DNA from: Candidatus Thorarchaeota archaeon
GTDB taxonomy: Archaea > Asgardarchaeota > Thorarchaeia > Thorarchaeales > Thorarchaeaceae
Assembly: GCA_020348985.1 (NCBI GenBank)
Contig: CP070761.1
Location: 3,068,971-3,132,970 of the forward strand
DNA length: 64,000 nucleotides
Direction: 5' to 3'
A program made the position numbers and the translations under genes. Position 1 is the first letter of the stretch. Every line of letters begins with the position of its first letter. Below, piece after piece: positions 45,338-54,910 of this stretch. Under the pieces are notes generated by a model. It had not been told where the DNA came from. It did no database searches and saw nothing but the letters and a program-made list of their open reading frames with translations.

Positions 45338-46219
45338 ATGCGTGTAAGCCTAGGTTTAGATGCGTTAGTTTTACCGGCATTTTGGGAGTGTGTCTTGGTG
45401 AAACCGAAAGTCGCAGTTGTGGATGCGGATTCCTTCGGTGAAGCAGTAGACCTGATAGGCGGTTTAAGCGATCTGAACAATCAGGATAGAGATGTCATCG
45501 TGAAGGTCGGAATCTACAATGTTACTACAGGAATCTGTTCAACAGTGAAGACTGTCAACTCAATTGTAGAATCTTTTGACGAGGTGCCAGCCATTCGCAT
45601 AGCAGAGTCTGACAGTGGTGCAGGTCCGGGACTAGAGCGGTTGAAGTTATGGAATGAATGCTTCAACAGCAGGGTCACTCCATTCAATCTGTCAGATGAT
45701 GAAACCAGGGAAGTCAGAGTTGCCGGGGAGACTGTTCCTTTTTCCAGTACTCTGCTCGGGCCAAAGACATTCATCAGCACACACGTACCAAGAAGGTATG
45801 AAGAGGCTGGACTCGAGGATCTCATGAACCTTGGATCTATAATCAAAAACCTCCTGGGTCTTGTTCTCGACACGAAGAAGCACAGATTTCACGAAGAGCT
45901 TCCAAATGCTCTGCTAGATATGTATGAAGCTTCAGGAGGCATAGACCTCGCAGTACTAGACGGAACCAAGGTCTACTTGGGCAAGAAGAAGGAGCGAGCC
46001 ATTGCATCTCCAAATGTGTTAGTTGTGGGAAGGGATGCATTTGCTGTAGAAGCAGTAGGAATGCACCTTGTGGGGTTTGACCCTCTCGAAAACCCCGTAC
46101 TTCTAGAAGCCAGAAGAAGAGGCTTGGGTGAAATCGATGTTGAGAATGTCGACATTATTGGTGACATCGAGACCCCACGAAGTCTGGTTCTTGAGGCCTT
46201 CAAAGACCTGTCTTCCTGA
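45338..46219 (+). CDS. DUF362 domain protein
   Basis: KPKVAVVDADS...VKVGIYN... layout typical of DUF362. The start is uncertain (the ORF is open from 45287; a GTG near 45398 is also possible). Confidence 0.6.
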   Translation: MRVSLGLDALVLPAFWECVLVKPKVAVVDADSFGEAVDLIGGLSDLNNQDRDVIVKVGIYNVTTGICSTVKTVNSIVESFDEVPAIRIAESDSGAGPGLERLKLWNECFNSRVTPFNLSDDETREVRVAGETVPFSSTLLGPKTFISTHVPRRYEEAGLEDLMNLGSIIKNLLGLVLDTKKHRFHEELPNALLDMYEASGGIDLAVLDGTKVYLGKKKERAIASPNVLVVGRDAFAVEAVGMHLVGFDPLENPVLLEARRRGLGEIDVENVDIIGDIETPRSLVLEAFKDLSS

Positions 46220-46228
46220 AGTAAATTA

Positions 46229-48229
46229 TCAGGTGACAGATTCCTTTCTTACAACATATACGTCAGACCTAGGAACATACGCACCTTTCAGGTATCGTCT
46301 GAGAAGAGACAACGTCGCGTTTCTTCGAAGCCCTCGTTCTCGTGCAAAGGAAGTCACTCGGATCACTCGTTCTTCTTGTGCGTAATCGCGCAGGCCTTCA
46401 ACCCATATCCCGTCTACAATCACGCCAGCTTCTTCGACCACGAACTCGTTGTCTCCGACATGTGGTTGAATCACACCAAGAACTTCTTCAGGAACTAGGG
46501 CGAGTCCCCTTGCCGTCGCATCGAAATCGAAGACACCTTTCTTCGTAAGCGTCTGCTTCATTAGTTGAACCATGACTCGAGGTGCAACAAGCTTCCCTCT
46601 CGCAGACTTCAACGCATCAAGATGCATTCGGTCAACAAGTCGTTCCAGATCTGCAACGTCCAGACCTCGTTCTTCAGCTATCTGCGGTGGGTCAAGAACC
46701 CCTTTCTTGGCGAAGATGGCACGCATTTCCTGCTCAATCTTCTGCGCTGGTATTAGCGCGCCTTCGCCATCAATGAAAGCGTCTACTTGAACCTGCGACA
46801 GAATGGCTTCTGCAACGCGAACTTCAATTTCGAACTCCTTTGCTAGAGTCCCCGGATCAACTAGCTCACCCTTGGCGACTTGGCTTTCAATTCGCTTCCT
46901 TATCCAAGTTAATGAGAGATGATCCCCTGAAGGAGTAGCCACTGTCTTTAGGCCGAAACGTTCAAGCAGCATACGAAGTTGTATGCCAGCAAGACTCCAA
47001 GTCTCCTCAACCTCGTTTGCTCTGATGAATCCTGATTCCTTTATCGAGTCAAGGAGCCATCTCCTGAACTCTTGTAGTGATATGTATCTGCCATCAGACC
47101 CCTTCCTCAGTCCTGGAATCTGACCGATCAGCTGCTTGATTAGTGTTGCACTGACGCCGAGAGCTTTTGCAGTCTCGTCTGCTATGACCATCCCACTCAG
47201 TGCAAGGTCTTCTTTGATCCTGTCAGTTAGATATGTCAGCAGCACAACAGAGCCATAATCTGTTCGGACAAACTGATGCCCCGCTTTTCGGATATGGCGG
47301 AGAATCTCTGATTCGCCAACGTGCAGCCGTTCTGTCTCCTTGTCGAGCTCCAGAATTCCTTCCGCCATTATCTTCTCTATTATGTCCCCCTCAAGAAGAT
47401 GTGCAGGCACCAAACGGCCATCAGTTGTCTCAATCATCTTCCAACCAAATCGACGAATCGAATTGTGAATATCTCGGGAATCTAGGTCCAGTCGAGTCGC
47501 AAGTGACTCAGGCGCGAGAAACCCTTCCTGCTCAATTCCCTTCTCAAGAGCCCTCTGCAACCAATTGTAAGAAACAAGTTGACCTAGTCTTGTCTCGACT
47601 AGGTTCCAGCCCCAAGTCATAACGAGGCGAACCAATTCATCTCTCTTTACCCTTATCCTTTGTGACTCCGAAGTAACATCAATCCGTCCATGTAGTTCAA
47701 GGAATTCTTTGAGACGATCCTTTAGTTCAGGAACAAGAATGAAATCTCCGTCTTCGGTTCTTACAACATCAAGCCCCTCGCTCCTGCAGACAGCTTCGAC
47801 AATCTCTACAATCTCGGATTCGGTTAAATCCCATCTACTTGATTCACCAGAAACATGAACTGAGCCACTTTCCATTAGTTGAGAACGAAGACGATCTGTG
47901 AGCAATGGCGCTGAAATCACAGTGCTACCAGAGTAGCTCAGAATTGCATTCCTGCTTGCTTTGATAACGCTCTTCATAGCTGACATATCGAGGCCTTTCT
48001 TGTGCAGTGTCCTTGAAAGTACCTCAATTGATATAGAAGGTTGGATTACGAGAATTCTGTCGAGATGTTCGATCTGCAGCCTCCTAACTCTGGAAGTCCA
48101 AGCATAGAGACCGGCTCCGATGCCCCCTAGAATCAGGAGTGCAGTCAGCATTCCCCAGAAGGGGTCCGCTAGGAACTCGAATTGAAGTAGCGCACTCTTT
48201 ACTGCGCTACTAGAGAGTGATTCGTTCAC
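46229..48229 (-). CDS. membrane-anchored protein composed of about 10-11 tandem 55-aa winged-helix-like repeats
   Basis: One N-terminal TM helix, then a repeated unit (see findings). The ATG lies 20 nt inside the 3' end of the upstream ATPase gene. Confidence 0.75.
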   Translation of the reverse strand: MNESLSSSAVKSALLQFEFLADPFWGMLTALLILGGIGAGLYAWTSRVRRLQIEHLDRILVIQPSISIEVLSRTLHKKGLDMSAMKSVIKASRNAILSYSGSTVISAPLLTDRLRSQLMESGSVHVSGESSRWDLTESEIVEIVEAVCRSEGLDVVRTEDGDFILVPELKDRLKEFLELHGRIDVTSESQRIRVKRDELVRLVMTWGWNLVETRLGQLVSYNWLQRALEKGIEQEGFLAPESLATRLDLDSRDIHNSIRRFGWKMIETTDGRLVPAHLLEGDIIEKIMAEGILELDKETERLHVGESEILRHIRKAGHQFVRTDYGSVVLLTYLTDRIKEDLALSGMVIADETAKALGVSATLIKQLIGQIPGLRKGSDGRYISLQEFRRWLLDSIKESGFIRANEVEETWSLAGIQLRMLLERFGLKTVATPSGDHLSLTWIRKRIESQVAKGELVDPGTLAKEFEIEVRVAEAILSQVQVDAFIDGEGALIPAQKIEQEMRAIFAKKGVLDPPQIAEERGLDVADLERLVDRMHLDALKSARGKLVAPRVMVQLMKQTLTKKGVFDFDATARGLALVPEEVLGVIQPHVGDNEFVVEEAGVIVDGIWVEGLRDYAQEERVIRVTSFARERGLRRNATLSLLRRYLKGAYVPRSDVYVVRKESVT

Positions 48230-51149
48230 TTCTCAGCCTCTTCTTGTAGATCTCCATCCCAACTATTGCAGGCAATGAAAGCACGATACATACAATCCAA
48301 TCGAACAACGTCAAAGGTATGAAGTAGAAGTGAAGGCCATACGTTGACAGGATTTCTGGGACCAGTGGGTGATACATAAGGAGGAAGTGAGCCAGATATA
48401 TCAGACCCAAGAAGGGTACAAATCTACCGGTGCCAGGTTCACGCAGACTGGATGTTATTGGCATGTTGATTCTTCTGATGATCAGCACAAGAGTGCTCTC
48501 GACAAGAAGAATCACTGTCAAAAGCATCACTGCAGCCTTTGCTTCATAGACCGTTCTTCCTGCCTCAAATGGCTCTACTACTGGATAGAATCCTTCGAGA
48601 TTCTCAGGATAGATGCCGACAATTCCGAACCAGCCAGTATAGGTTAGGAGGTAAGCCATACCGGCTCCAAGTGCCATTAGAATGACGTTTATGGCCATGA
48701 AACGAGCCATCTGCTTAGTGATTATTTCTTCACTATCGCGGGGTTTCTCTTTCATTGCCCCAGGTGATGTTTTGTCGAAGACAAGTGCCAATCCAGGGAA
48801 CGAGTGCGTTGTGACTACTAAATAGAGTGCTTGCCAAGTTGTTAGAAGATTGATGACTTCGGGAAGAATGAACATGGCCCCGAAGAATATGATGCTCTCG
48901 AATAGGTTGATGGCTACGTAGAAGTAGATCATCATTCGAATCTTGGTGAAAAGACCACGACCCTGGTGGACTCCGGTCACAATAGACGCAAAACTGTCAT
49001 CAGTAATGACGAGGTCCGCGGCCTCTTTGGCAACATCGGTACCTGTTATTCCCATCGCGATTCCAGCATCACTCATCGCCAAGGCAAGCGCGTCATTAAC
49101 CCCGTCCCCGGTCATTGCAACTACTTTCTTCTGATTCTGATATCTTTCGACGATGACCTGTTTGTGTGCGGGATTAACTCTTGCGAACACGTTGACCTTC
49201 GCAAACTCGTGCTCTGTTAGCGTCTCTATCTGGCCTCCTTCGACTACTAGCGAACCGGGTTCGTGGATTCCAAGATTCTCAGCGATTGTCTTCGCAGTGG
49301 CTGAAGAGTCGCCAGTGATCATCACGACATTGATTCCTGCACTGTGACAGGCACTCACTGCTTCTTTGACTCCTTCGCGTGGAGGATCGACAATGCATAC
49401 AAAGCCCAAGTAGATTAGATCCTTCTCCACCTTGTCCCTTATGTTCGCCCCAGATGGTATCTCATCTAGGCGTTGATAGGCAAAAGAGATGACGCGGTAC
49501 CCTCGTGCAGCAAATCCGTTTACCTGTGCTTGAATTCGTTTGGCGTCGTTTTCGTCCATTGCGGAAGGTCTCCTGCCTCCATTCATCAAAGCACAGCGGG
49601 GCAAGAGGACTTCAGTTGCACCCTTGGTAAACACCACAAGTTTCTTACCGTCTTTGCATACCTTTGACATTCGTTTGAGTTCGGATTCGAATGGAAACTC
49701 CTTCTCGATCTTGTACTTCTCTCGAAGCTCCTCTTCATTTACACCACTCTTCCTAAATAGGGTAAGAAGAGCGGCATCTGTTGGATCACCAATCGGAATC
49801 CAATTCACGCCTTGATCCGGGATCTCTCTTCGCTCAATCTCCGAATCGTTGTTGATGCCCCCATTGGCTATTATGCGATGAAGTCCCTTCCATCCAAGAA
49901 CATCGGTCACTTTGACTGCTTCGCTTGGTTTGAAGAGATCCAAGGAAGAGTCGTCTGGAAGACGAAGAATCTCCCCTATGGGCTCGTACCCTTCACCTGT
50001 AACATGATAGAGGTTCTCAGTATCCCAGATGAACTTCACCATCATCTGATTCTTGGTCATCGTCCCAGTCTTGTCTGATGCAATGACGCTGACCCGACCC
50101 AGGCTCTCGACTGCTGATAGATCACGAATAATGACTCCTTTCCTTGCCATTGCTAGGACACCAGTTAGAAGCACAATAGTCGTTAGCAAGGGTATGTTGA
50201 TTGGCATGATAGTCATTGCTTTCGTTATACCTATGCTCAGAGTCTCAGCAATTATATTGATTCCGAGATCTATCGGATTGCCAAAGAGAAACGGAACACC
50301 GAAGACCGGCCACAAGACAGAGAGAATCATTAGGAATACTGCTGCTGTGGCGAGATACTTTGCAAGAAGATTCACCTTCTTCCGCAACGGGATGTCGCCC
50401 GTGTTCAGTTGCTCCAGTTCTCCCTGAATCTTTCCAATCTCCGTGCGTCCACCCGTCTCCGTGGTGACGAAAGTCGCTGTGCCTGTTGCAACATACGTTC
50501 CAAAGAATACGATGTTAAACATGTCTGTGAGTGGAATATCCCGTTTGAGTACAGGATCACTCTCCTTGTTTACTGGTATGCTTTCACCGGTCAATGATGC
50601 CTCGTTGGTAGTCAGATTTGTACATGTGATAATTCTACCATCTGCTGGTATTCTGTCCCCTTGTTCTAGTTTGACTATATCTCCAGGGACTATTTCGTCA
50701 GGAGGTATGGCCGCCTCGCTTCCGTTGCGAATAACACGTGCCTCACCCGCAGAGAGTTTCTCCAGGGCCTCAAGCTTCTTCTGTGCCCTATATTGCTGAA
50801 AGATTGCCACAAGAGCATTGATGAGCACAACACCCAACCAAATAGTTGCTTGTGCTAGCTCATTGTTGGCAGTTGGAAACATGTATGCGAGTCCGACCAA
50901 TGCAAAAGAGCTGACCAGGTATATCGTAATGAGCCAATTCATTATAGGTGCCAAATACACCTGCCAGAATGTACCCTTGATCTTTGGAATTGTGTTTGGC
51001 CCGTATTTGCTGGTTCGAGAGGAGACATCACTGCTAGATAGGCCGTTCTCGGCGCTAGCTGAGAAGACCTGAAGGACCTCTTCAATAGACATGGCTTGAT
51101 ACTGACTCTCAGCAGATTCTGATTCAGTGATGGCGTCGCTTTCAGACAA
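48210..51149 (-). CDS. P-type cation-transporting ATPase (P2/P3-like; ion unknown)
   Basis: LTGES, SDKTGTMT, MITGD, TGDGVNDALAL and a Cation_ATPase_N-like N-terminus. The TM4 motif is PINIP. TTG start at 51149; ATG 51092 is an alternative. Confidence 0.9.
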   Translation of the reverse strand: MSESDAITESESAESQYQAMSIEEVLQVFSASAENGLSSSDVSSRTSKYGPNTIPKIKGTFWQVYLAPIMNWLITIYLVSSFALVGLAYMFPTANNELAQATIWLGVVLINALVAIFQQYRAQKKLEALEKLSAGEARVIRNGSEAAIPPDEIVPGDIVKLEQGDRIPADGRIITCTNLTTNEASLTGESIPVNKESDPVLKRDIPLTDMFNIVFFGTYVATGTATFVTTETGGRTEIGKIQGELEQLNTGDIPLRKKVNLLAKYLATAAVFLMILSVLWPVFGVPFLFGNPIDLGINIIAETLSIGITKAMTIMPINIPLLTTIVLLTGVLAMARKGVIIRDLSAVESLGRVSVIASDKTGTMTKNQMMVKFIWDTENLYHVTGEGYEPIGEILRLPDDSSLDLFKPSEAVKVTDVLGWKGLHRIIANGGINNDSEIERREIPDQGVNWIPIGDPTDAALLTLFRKSGVNEEELREKYKIEKEFPFESELKRMSKVCKDGKKLVVFTKGATEVLLPRCALMNGGRRPSAMDENDAKRIQAQVNGFAARGYRVISFAYQRLDEIPSGANIRDKVEKDLIYLGFVCIVDPPREGVKEAVSACHSAGINVVMITGDSSATAKTIAENLGIHEPGSLVVEGGQIETLTEHEFAKVNVFARVNPAHKQVIVERYQNQKKVVAMTGDGVNDALALAMSDAGIAMGITGTDVAKEAADLVITDDSFASIVTGVHQGRGLFTKIRMMIYFYVAINLFESIIFFGAMFILPEVINLLTTWQALYLVVTTHSFPGLALVFDKTSPGAMKEKPRDSEEIITKQMARFMAINVILMALGAGMAYLLTYTGWFGIVGIYPENLEGFYPVVEPFEAGRTVYEAKAAVMLLTVILLVESTLVLIIRRINMPITSSLREPGTGRFVPFLGLIYLAHFLLMYHPLVPEILSTYGLHFYFIPLTLFDWIVCIVLSLPAIVGMEIYKKRLRSERITL

Positions 51150-51379
51150 GATCCTTCCCTCGTCTTCTAGTGGTCTGCTTCAGTCTCCTCACAGATAAAT
51201 GGTCTCGTTACAAACCCATCTGATAGAGAGTACGTTCGAATTGCCCTGCGGGCCTTTTGAAAGTTTTCAGCACAAAGGAGGTGGACCGAAAGGTCTCAAA
51301 TGCATCGGTCGATAGGTTCATCTTAGTCAAAAATGAGAGCTTATTGCCGCGCGCGGTACAACACAATCTGGTGCAGACA

Positions 51380-53341
51380 ATGTCGTACTACTGGGAATAT
51401 CAGCCGACACAAAGCAAGCCCCCGTCGTCTAGCATCAGAATCATCGGCGTCATTGTGATTCTGATGTTGATAGTCGCCACAGGTCTGGTCATGCTAATCC
51501 CTGATTTTCGCGGGGGTGCTCAACCTGGCGAAGAAGTACGAGTTGCTGTTGTAGATTCAGGTGTCAACTCAGACTTTGCCCTTATAGGACGAATCGTGGC
51601 TGAAAGGAGCTTTGTGTCAAGGGAGAATGGGTATGACTTCAATGAACCATCTCCGACTGACAGTGATCCCGAGGACGTCTCTCATGGAACTGTTGTGGCA
51701 ACCACGATAGTGCAGAACAGTAACAACGCCATGATTGTGAACGCAAAGGTCCTGGATTCATCAGGTTTTGCTACAACTCTTGGAATAATCGCTGCCATCG
51801 AGTGGGCAGTCGAACAGAATTGCAGTGTCATCAACTTGAGCCTTGGAGGAGCCCCCACCTATGGAGACCCTCTTGAGGACAGTGTGGAATGGGCGTTCTC
51901 AAAAGGTGTTGTAGTTGTGGCTGCAGCTGGCAATGACGGTCAAAACGGAGTGTCTGGAACATCAATTCATTCTCCCAGCGTCCATCAGCACGCACTGAGT
52001 GTCGGCGGGTTAGATGAGCAAGGGGCTCCGGCATACTATACGAGTATGGGCCCAACTCGATCCCGAAGCTTGAAACCAGACATTAGCGCCCAAGGATTCA
52101 CTCAGACAACAACGGCAATCTACTACGGCACAAGTTTCGCGTCCCCGAAGGTCGCCGCCGCCGCAGTTGAGCTGATTGTCTTCTGTAAACAGAACGAGAT
52201 TATGTACTCTCCAGGTTCTATAATGACAGCACTGCTTGCAGGTGCTACGCCCCTTCCATATTCATCCTATCTCGTTGGAGCTGGGAGACTTGACCTCCAA
52301 GCCTCCAAGTTGATCATGCTACAAAACTCAGTTGATGGAGGGCTGCCCCAGATCACTTTTGCACTCCCGGGAACGCTTCCATTTGATTTTGAGAGACTTT
52401 TCTATGGAGACTCTTACCAATTCAACATCCATTTGCTGACGTCAGGGTTCACAGAGTACGATATTGAGGTGACGAGCGCGACTCCCGAGATTTTCGAAAT
52501 CCAGGCAAGTGTTACTCTGAATCAAAGCGACTTCGTTCCTTTGACCCTCAACATCCCCGCCGATGGTTTGTCCATTGTACAGGGACAGATTGATTTCGTG
52601 TCCCAAGATTATGGGAACTCAAGTGTCGAGTTTGAAGCTCAGATACACCACTCAAATGCCAGGGTTGCATTCGACATAAGCCATACCGGGTGGTCAATCG
52701 ACTCATCCTATGGTCAATTCAGAGCGTTCTATGAGCTCCTTGTCGAGAACGATATATCGGTTAACGAGATTCGTGAAGGCACTGACATCACATCAGGCTT
52801 CCTTGACGAGTTTGATGCCGTCTTCATTCTGGACCCATGTGCTTGGAATCTAGATGAATCAAACCCTGCAAACGTTTCTGAGTTCTCGATTCCGTTTAGT
52901 CCTGAAGAAACTCAAGCTTACAAGGATTACTTTGAAAATGGCGGAGGCATTCTTGTCGCCGGTCTTTCGAACAACACGCTTGATATCCGATCCCTCAATA
53001 CGTTCCTCAATTGGACCGGATTCGAGTTCGGTTTCAGTAGCATTTCTAATCAGGGAGACACAGTGGAAGTGACCAATATTACCGCACATGCGGTGACAGT
53101 CGGAGTAGATAGCTTCGACTTTTCTGGCGCACCAATAACCGAGTTAGGCAATGGTACAGCGCTCGCTTTCTACAATGGTAGACCAGTACTTGGAAGTCTT
53201 GAAGGAAGTCAGGGCGGCAGGATGATTGCAACAGGCACGAACTTCTTCCTCGACAATTGGGGATTGAATGGCATGTACGATTCAGACGACAATGACAATC
53301 TTACCGTCAGGATTGCCCTCTGGTTGTCTGGACTGCTCTAG
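51380..53341 (+). CDS. subtilisin-like S8 serine peptidase with N-terminal TM/signal anchor and a large C-terminal domain
   Basis: Catalytic triad motifs VAVVDSGVN, HGTVVATTI and GTSFASPKVAAAA. ATG 51380 (just before the TM helix) is preferred over TTG 51257. Confidence 0.85.
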   Translation: MSYYWEYQPTQSKPPSSSIRIIGVIVILMLIVATGLVMLIPDFRGGAQPGEEVRVAVVDSGVNSDFALIGRIVAERSFVSRENGYDFNEPSPTDSDPEDVSHGTVVATTIVQNSNNAMIVNAKVLDSSGFATTLGIIAAIEWAVEQNCSVINLSLGGAPTYGDPLEDSVEWAFSKGVVVVAAAGNDGQNGVSGTSIHSPSVHQHALSVGGLDEQGAPAYYTSMGPTRSRSLKPDISAQGFTQTTTAIYYGTSFASPKVAAAAVELIVFCKQNEIMYSPGSIMTALLAGATPLPYSSYLVGAGRLDLQASKLIMLQNSVDGGLPQITFALPGTLPFDFERLFYGDSYQFNIHLLTSGFTEYDIEVTSATPEIFEIQASVTLNQSDFVPLTLNIPADGLSIVQGQIDFVSQDYGNSSVEFEAQIHHSNARVAFDISHTGWSIDSSYGQFRAFYELLVENDISVNEIREGTDITSGFLDEFDAVFILDPCAWNLDESNPANVSEFSIPFSPEETQAYKDYFENGGGILVAGLSNNTLDIRSLNTFLNWTGFEFGFSSISNQGDTVEVTNITAHAVTVGVDSFDFSGAPITELGNGTALAFYNGRPVLGSLEGSQGGRMIATGTNFFLDNWGLNGMYDSDDNDNLTVRIALWLSGLL

Positions 53342-53497
53342 ATGGCCAGAAATGAGCTCTTCCACAAATTGAGCACGAAGTGTATCTGGAAGCACCTAGG
53401 TTGCGTGTTCTCGGACCTTTAAAAGGGAAGAGTGGTATGTCTTCTTACCAAAAAATACCGAGTCGAATTCGGATGTGCTGATGACTTGAGCTTATAC

Positions 53498-53530
53498 TCG
53501 GGTCATCGGCTACCCGAAACTCCTTTTTTT
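53498..53530 (+). terminator. hairpin TCGGGT...ACCCGA followed by T7
   Basis: 6-bp stem at 53498-53517, then TTTTTTT at 53524-53530. Oligo-T is the usual archaeal termination signal. It lies about 160 nt after the S8 peptidase stop. Confidence 0.4.
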
Positions 53531-53633
53531 CCGATTGCTGACGTTTGAGGTTATCTTGTATAGCGAGTATTCAGATTGTCTTCCTCACAGCACATAGTAC
53601 AGCTGTGCACCATCAGTACACTTAACAAAGGGA

Positions 53634-54896
53634 ATGAAGGCCAACCACGACACGCAACGCAAAGAGGCCCCCAACATGAGCAAAGTGACCAACGCATCAT
53701 ATGCAGTTCTGATTGCTTGTGTCCTTGCTCACTTCATGAACCACGTTTACCACGGGATCCTATCTCCCTTTCTTCCAGTCATCACCGACGAACTCAGCCT
53801 GAGCTACACCGAAGCAGGTATTGTTACAAGCGCTGCAATTGTCACGATGACAATGGCGCACCTAGGAGTGGGATATCTGAGCGACAAAGGTTGGGGAGAT
53901 ATTTTCATTCCCGCGAGCATACTCCTCAGTGCAGCAATTGTCCTATTCGCAAGCTTAGCAACAACATTCCTGTTTCTGGTGATGTGCATGGCTCTTCTTG
54001 GTATGGGAGCCTCTGGTTACCATCCGAGTGCTTTCCCGGCGCTTACCGTGAAATTCCCAAGAAGGTCACGCGCAAAAGCTACTGGGATGCAAGCTGCGGG
54101 TGGTCTAGTCGGCATGGCGTTGATCCCTTTATTGGGAGTAGTCCTGCTTGACATTCTGGGCGGTTGGAGAGAGTCAATGTTCGCCTTGGGCGCGGCCGGA
54201 ATCTTTGTCTTTGTTCCTACTGCACTCCTAATGAGATACGCACGGAAAGAAGATGGATTTGTGGAGGCTACGGTTCCTATTCGAGAAGGACCAGAGGGAT
54301 GGACTAGAGACTTCAAGCTTGCTCTTGGTGTGATGGGTCTCAGAGGAATACCATTCCGATGTACAACTCTTCTGATGCCCCTTTATCTTGTTGCCAGCTA
54401 CGGTTACGAGCCACTGTGGGCAGGGTCTTTGACGACGCTGATGCTTGTTGCTGGCCTTGTCGGTCAGGCGGTTTCCGCACCCCTTTCTGATAGAACTGGA
54501 CGAAGGGTTCCATACATAGTTATCTCGACTGCGGTGGTAGCCCCCTCCCTGTTGTTGCTGAACTTCGCTCTCGATCCTGTCTTTCTTATTCTGGTCTTGA
54601 TAACCATTGGTTTCTTCTTCTTCTTTGGAGTACCTGCAACAACAGCCTATCTTACAGAGGTCACTCCAGCTGAATCCAAGGGTCTCGCATTCGGCATATT
54701 GTTCTCTTTCGGCGCCATACCAGGAGCCCTCTCTCCCGCAATCTTTGGCATTATCGGGGATTCATTCGGTCTGCCAGCGTCCATTCTATTCCTAGTGCTT
54801 ATGGCGTTCTTCGCTTCGTTGATTGCAACCCTAATGAAAGACAACGAGGACTATGAACCCAAAATCCCTGTCGCTGCCACATTGATTAGCGAGTGA
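53634..54896 (+). CDS. MFS transporter
   Basis: 12 predicted TM helices and a DRTGRR-type loop motif (LSDRTGRRVP) between TM8 and TM9. Confidence 0.8.
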   Translation: MKANHDTQRKEAPNMSKVTNASYAVLIACVLAHFMNHVYHGILSPFLPVITDELSLSYTEAGIVTSAAIVTMTMAHLGVGYLSDKGWGDIFIPASILLSAAIVLFASLATTFLFLVMCMALLGMGASGYHPSAFPALTVKFPRRSRAKATGMQAAGGLVGMALIPLLGVVLLDILGGWRESMFALGAAGIFVFVPTALLMRYARKEDGFVEATVPIREGPEGWTRDFKLALGVMGLRGIPFRCTTLLMPLYLVASYGYEPLWAGSLTTLMLVAGLVGQAVSAPLSDRTGRRVPYIVISTAVVAPSLLLLNFALDPVFLILVLITIGFFFFFGVPATTAYLTEVTPAESKGLAFGILFSFGAIPGALSPAIFGIIGDSFGLPASILFLVLMAFFASLIATLMKDNEDYEPKIPVAATLISE

Positions 54897-54910
54897 CCCG
54901 AGTGAGAGTG

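Noticed and set aside
53470-53490. CTGATGA in the spacer as a C box of a C/D-box sRNA
   Set aside because: There is no downstream CUGA D box or C'/D' pair within 60 nt, and no terminal stem, so the C/D architecture is not met.
53576-54151. 191-aa plus-strand ORF overlapping the MFS transporter in another frame
   Set aside because: It is Cys/Ser/Arg/His-rich with no hydrophobic periodicity, whereas the overlapping frame gives a clean 12-TM transporter.
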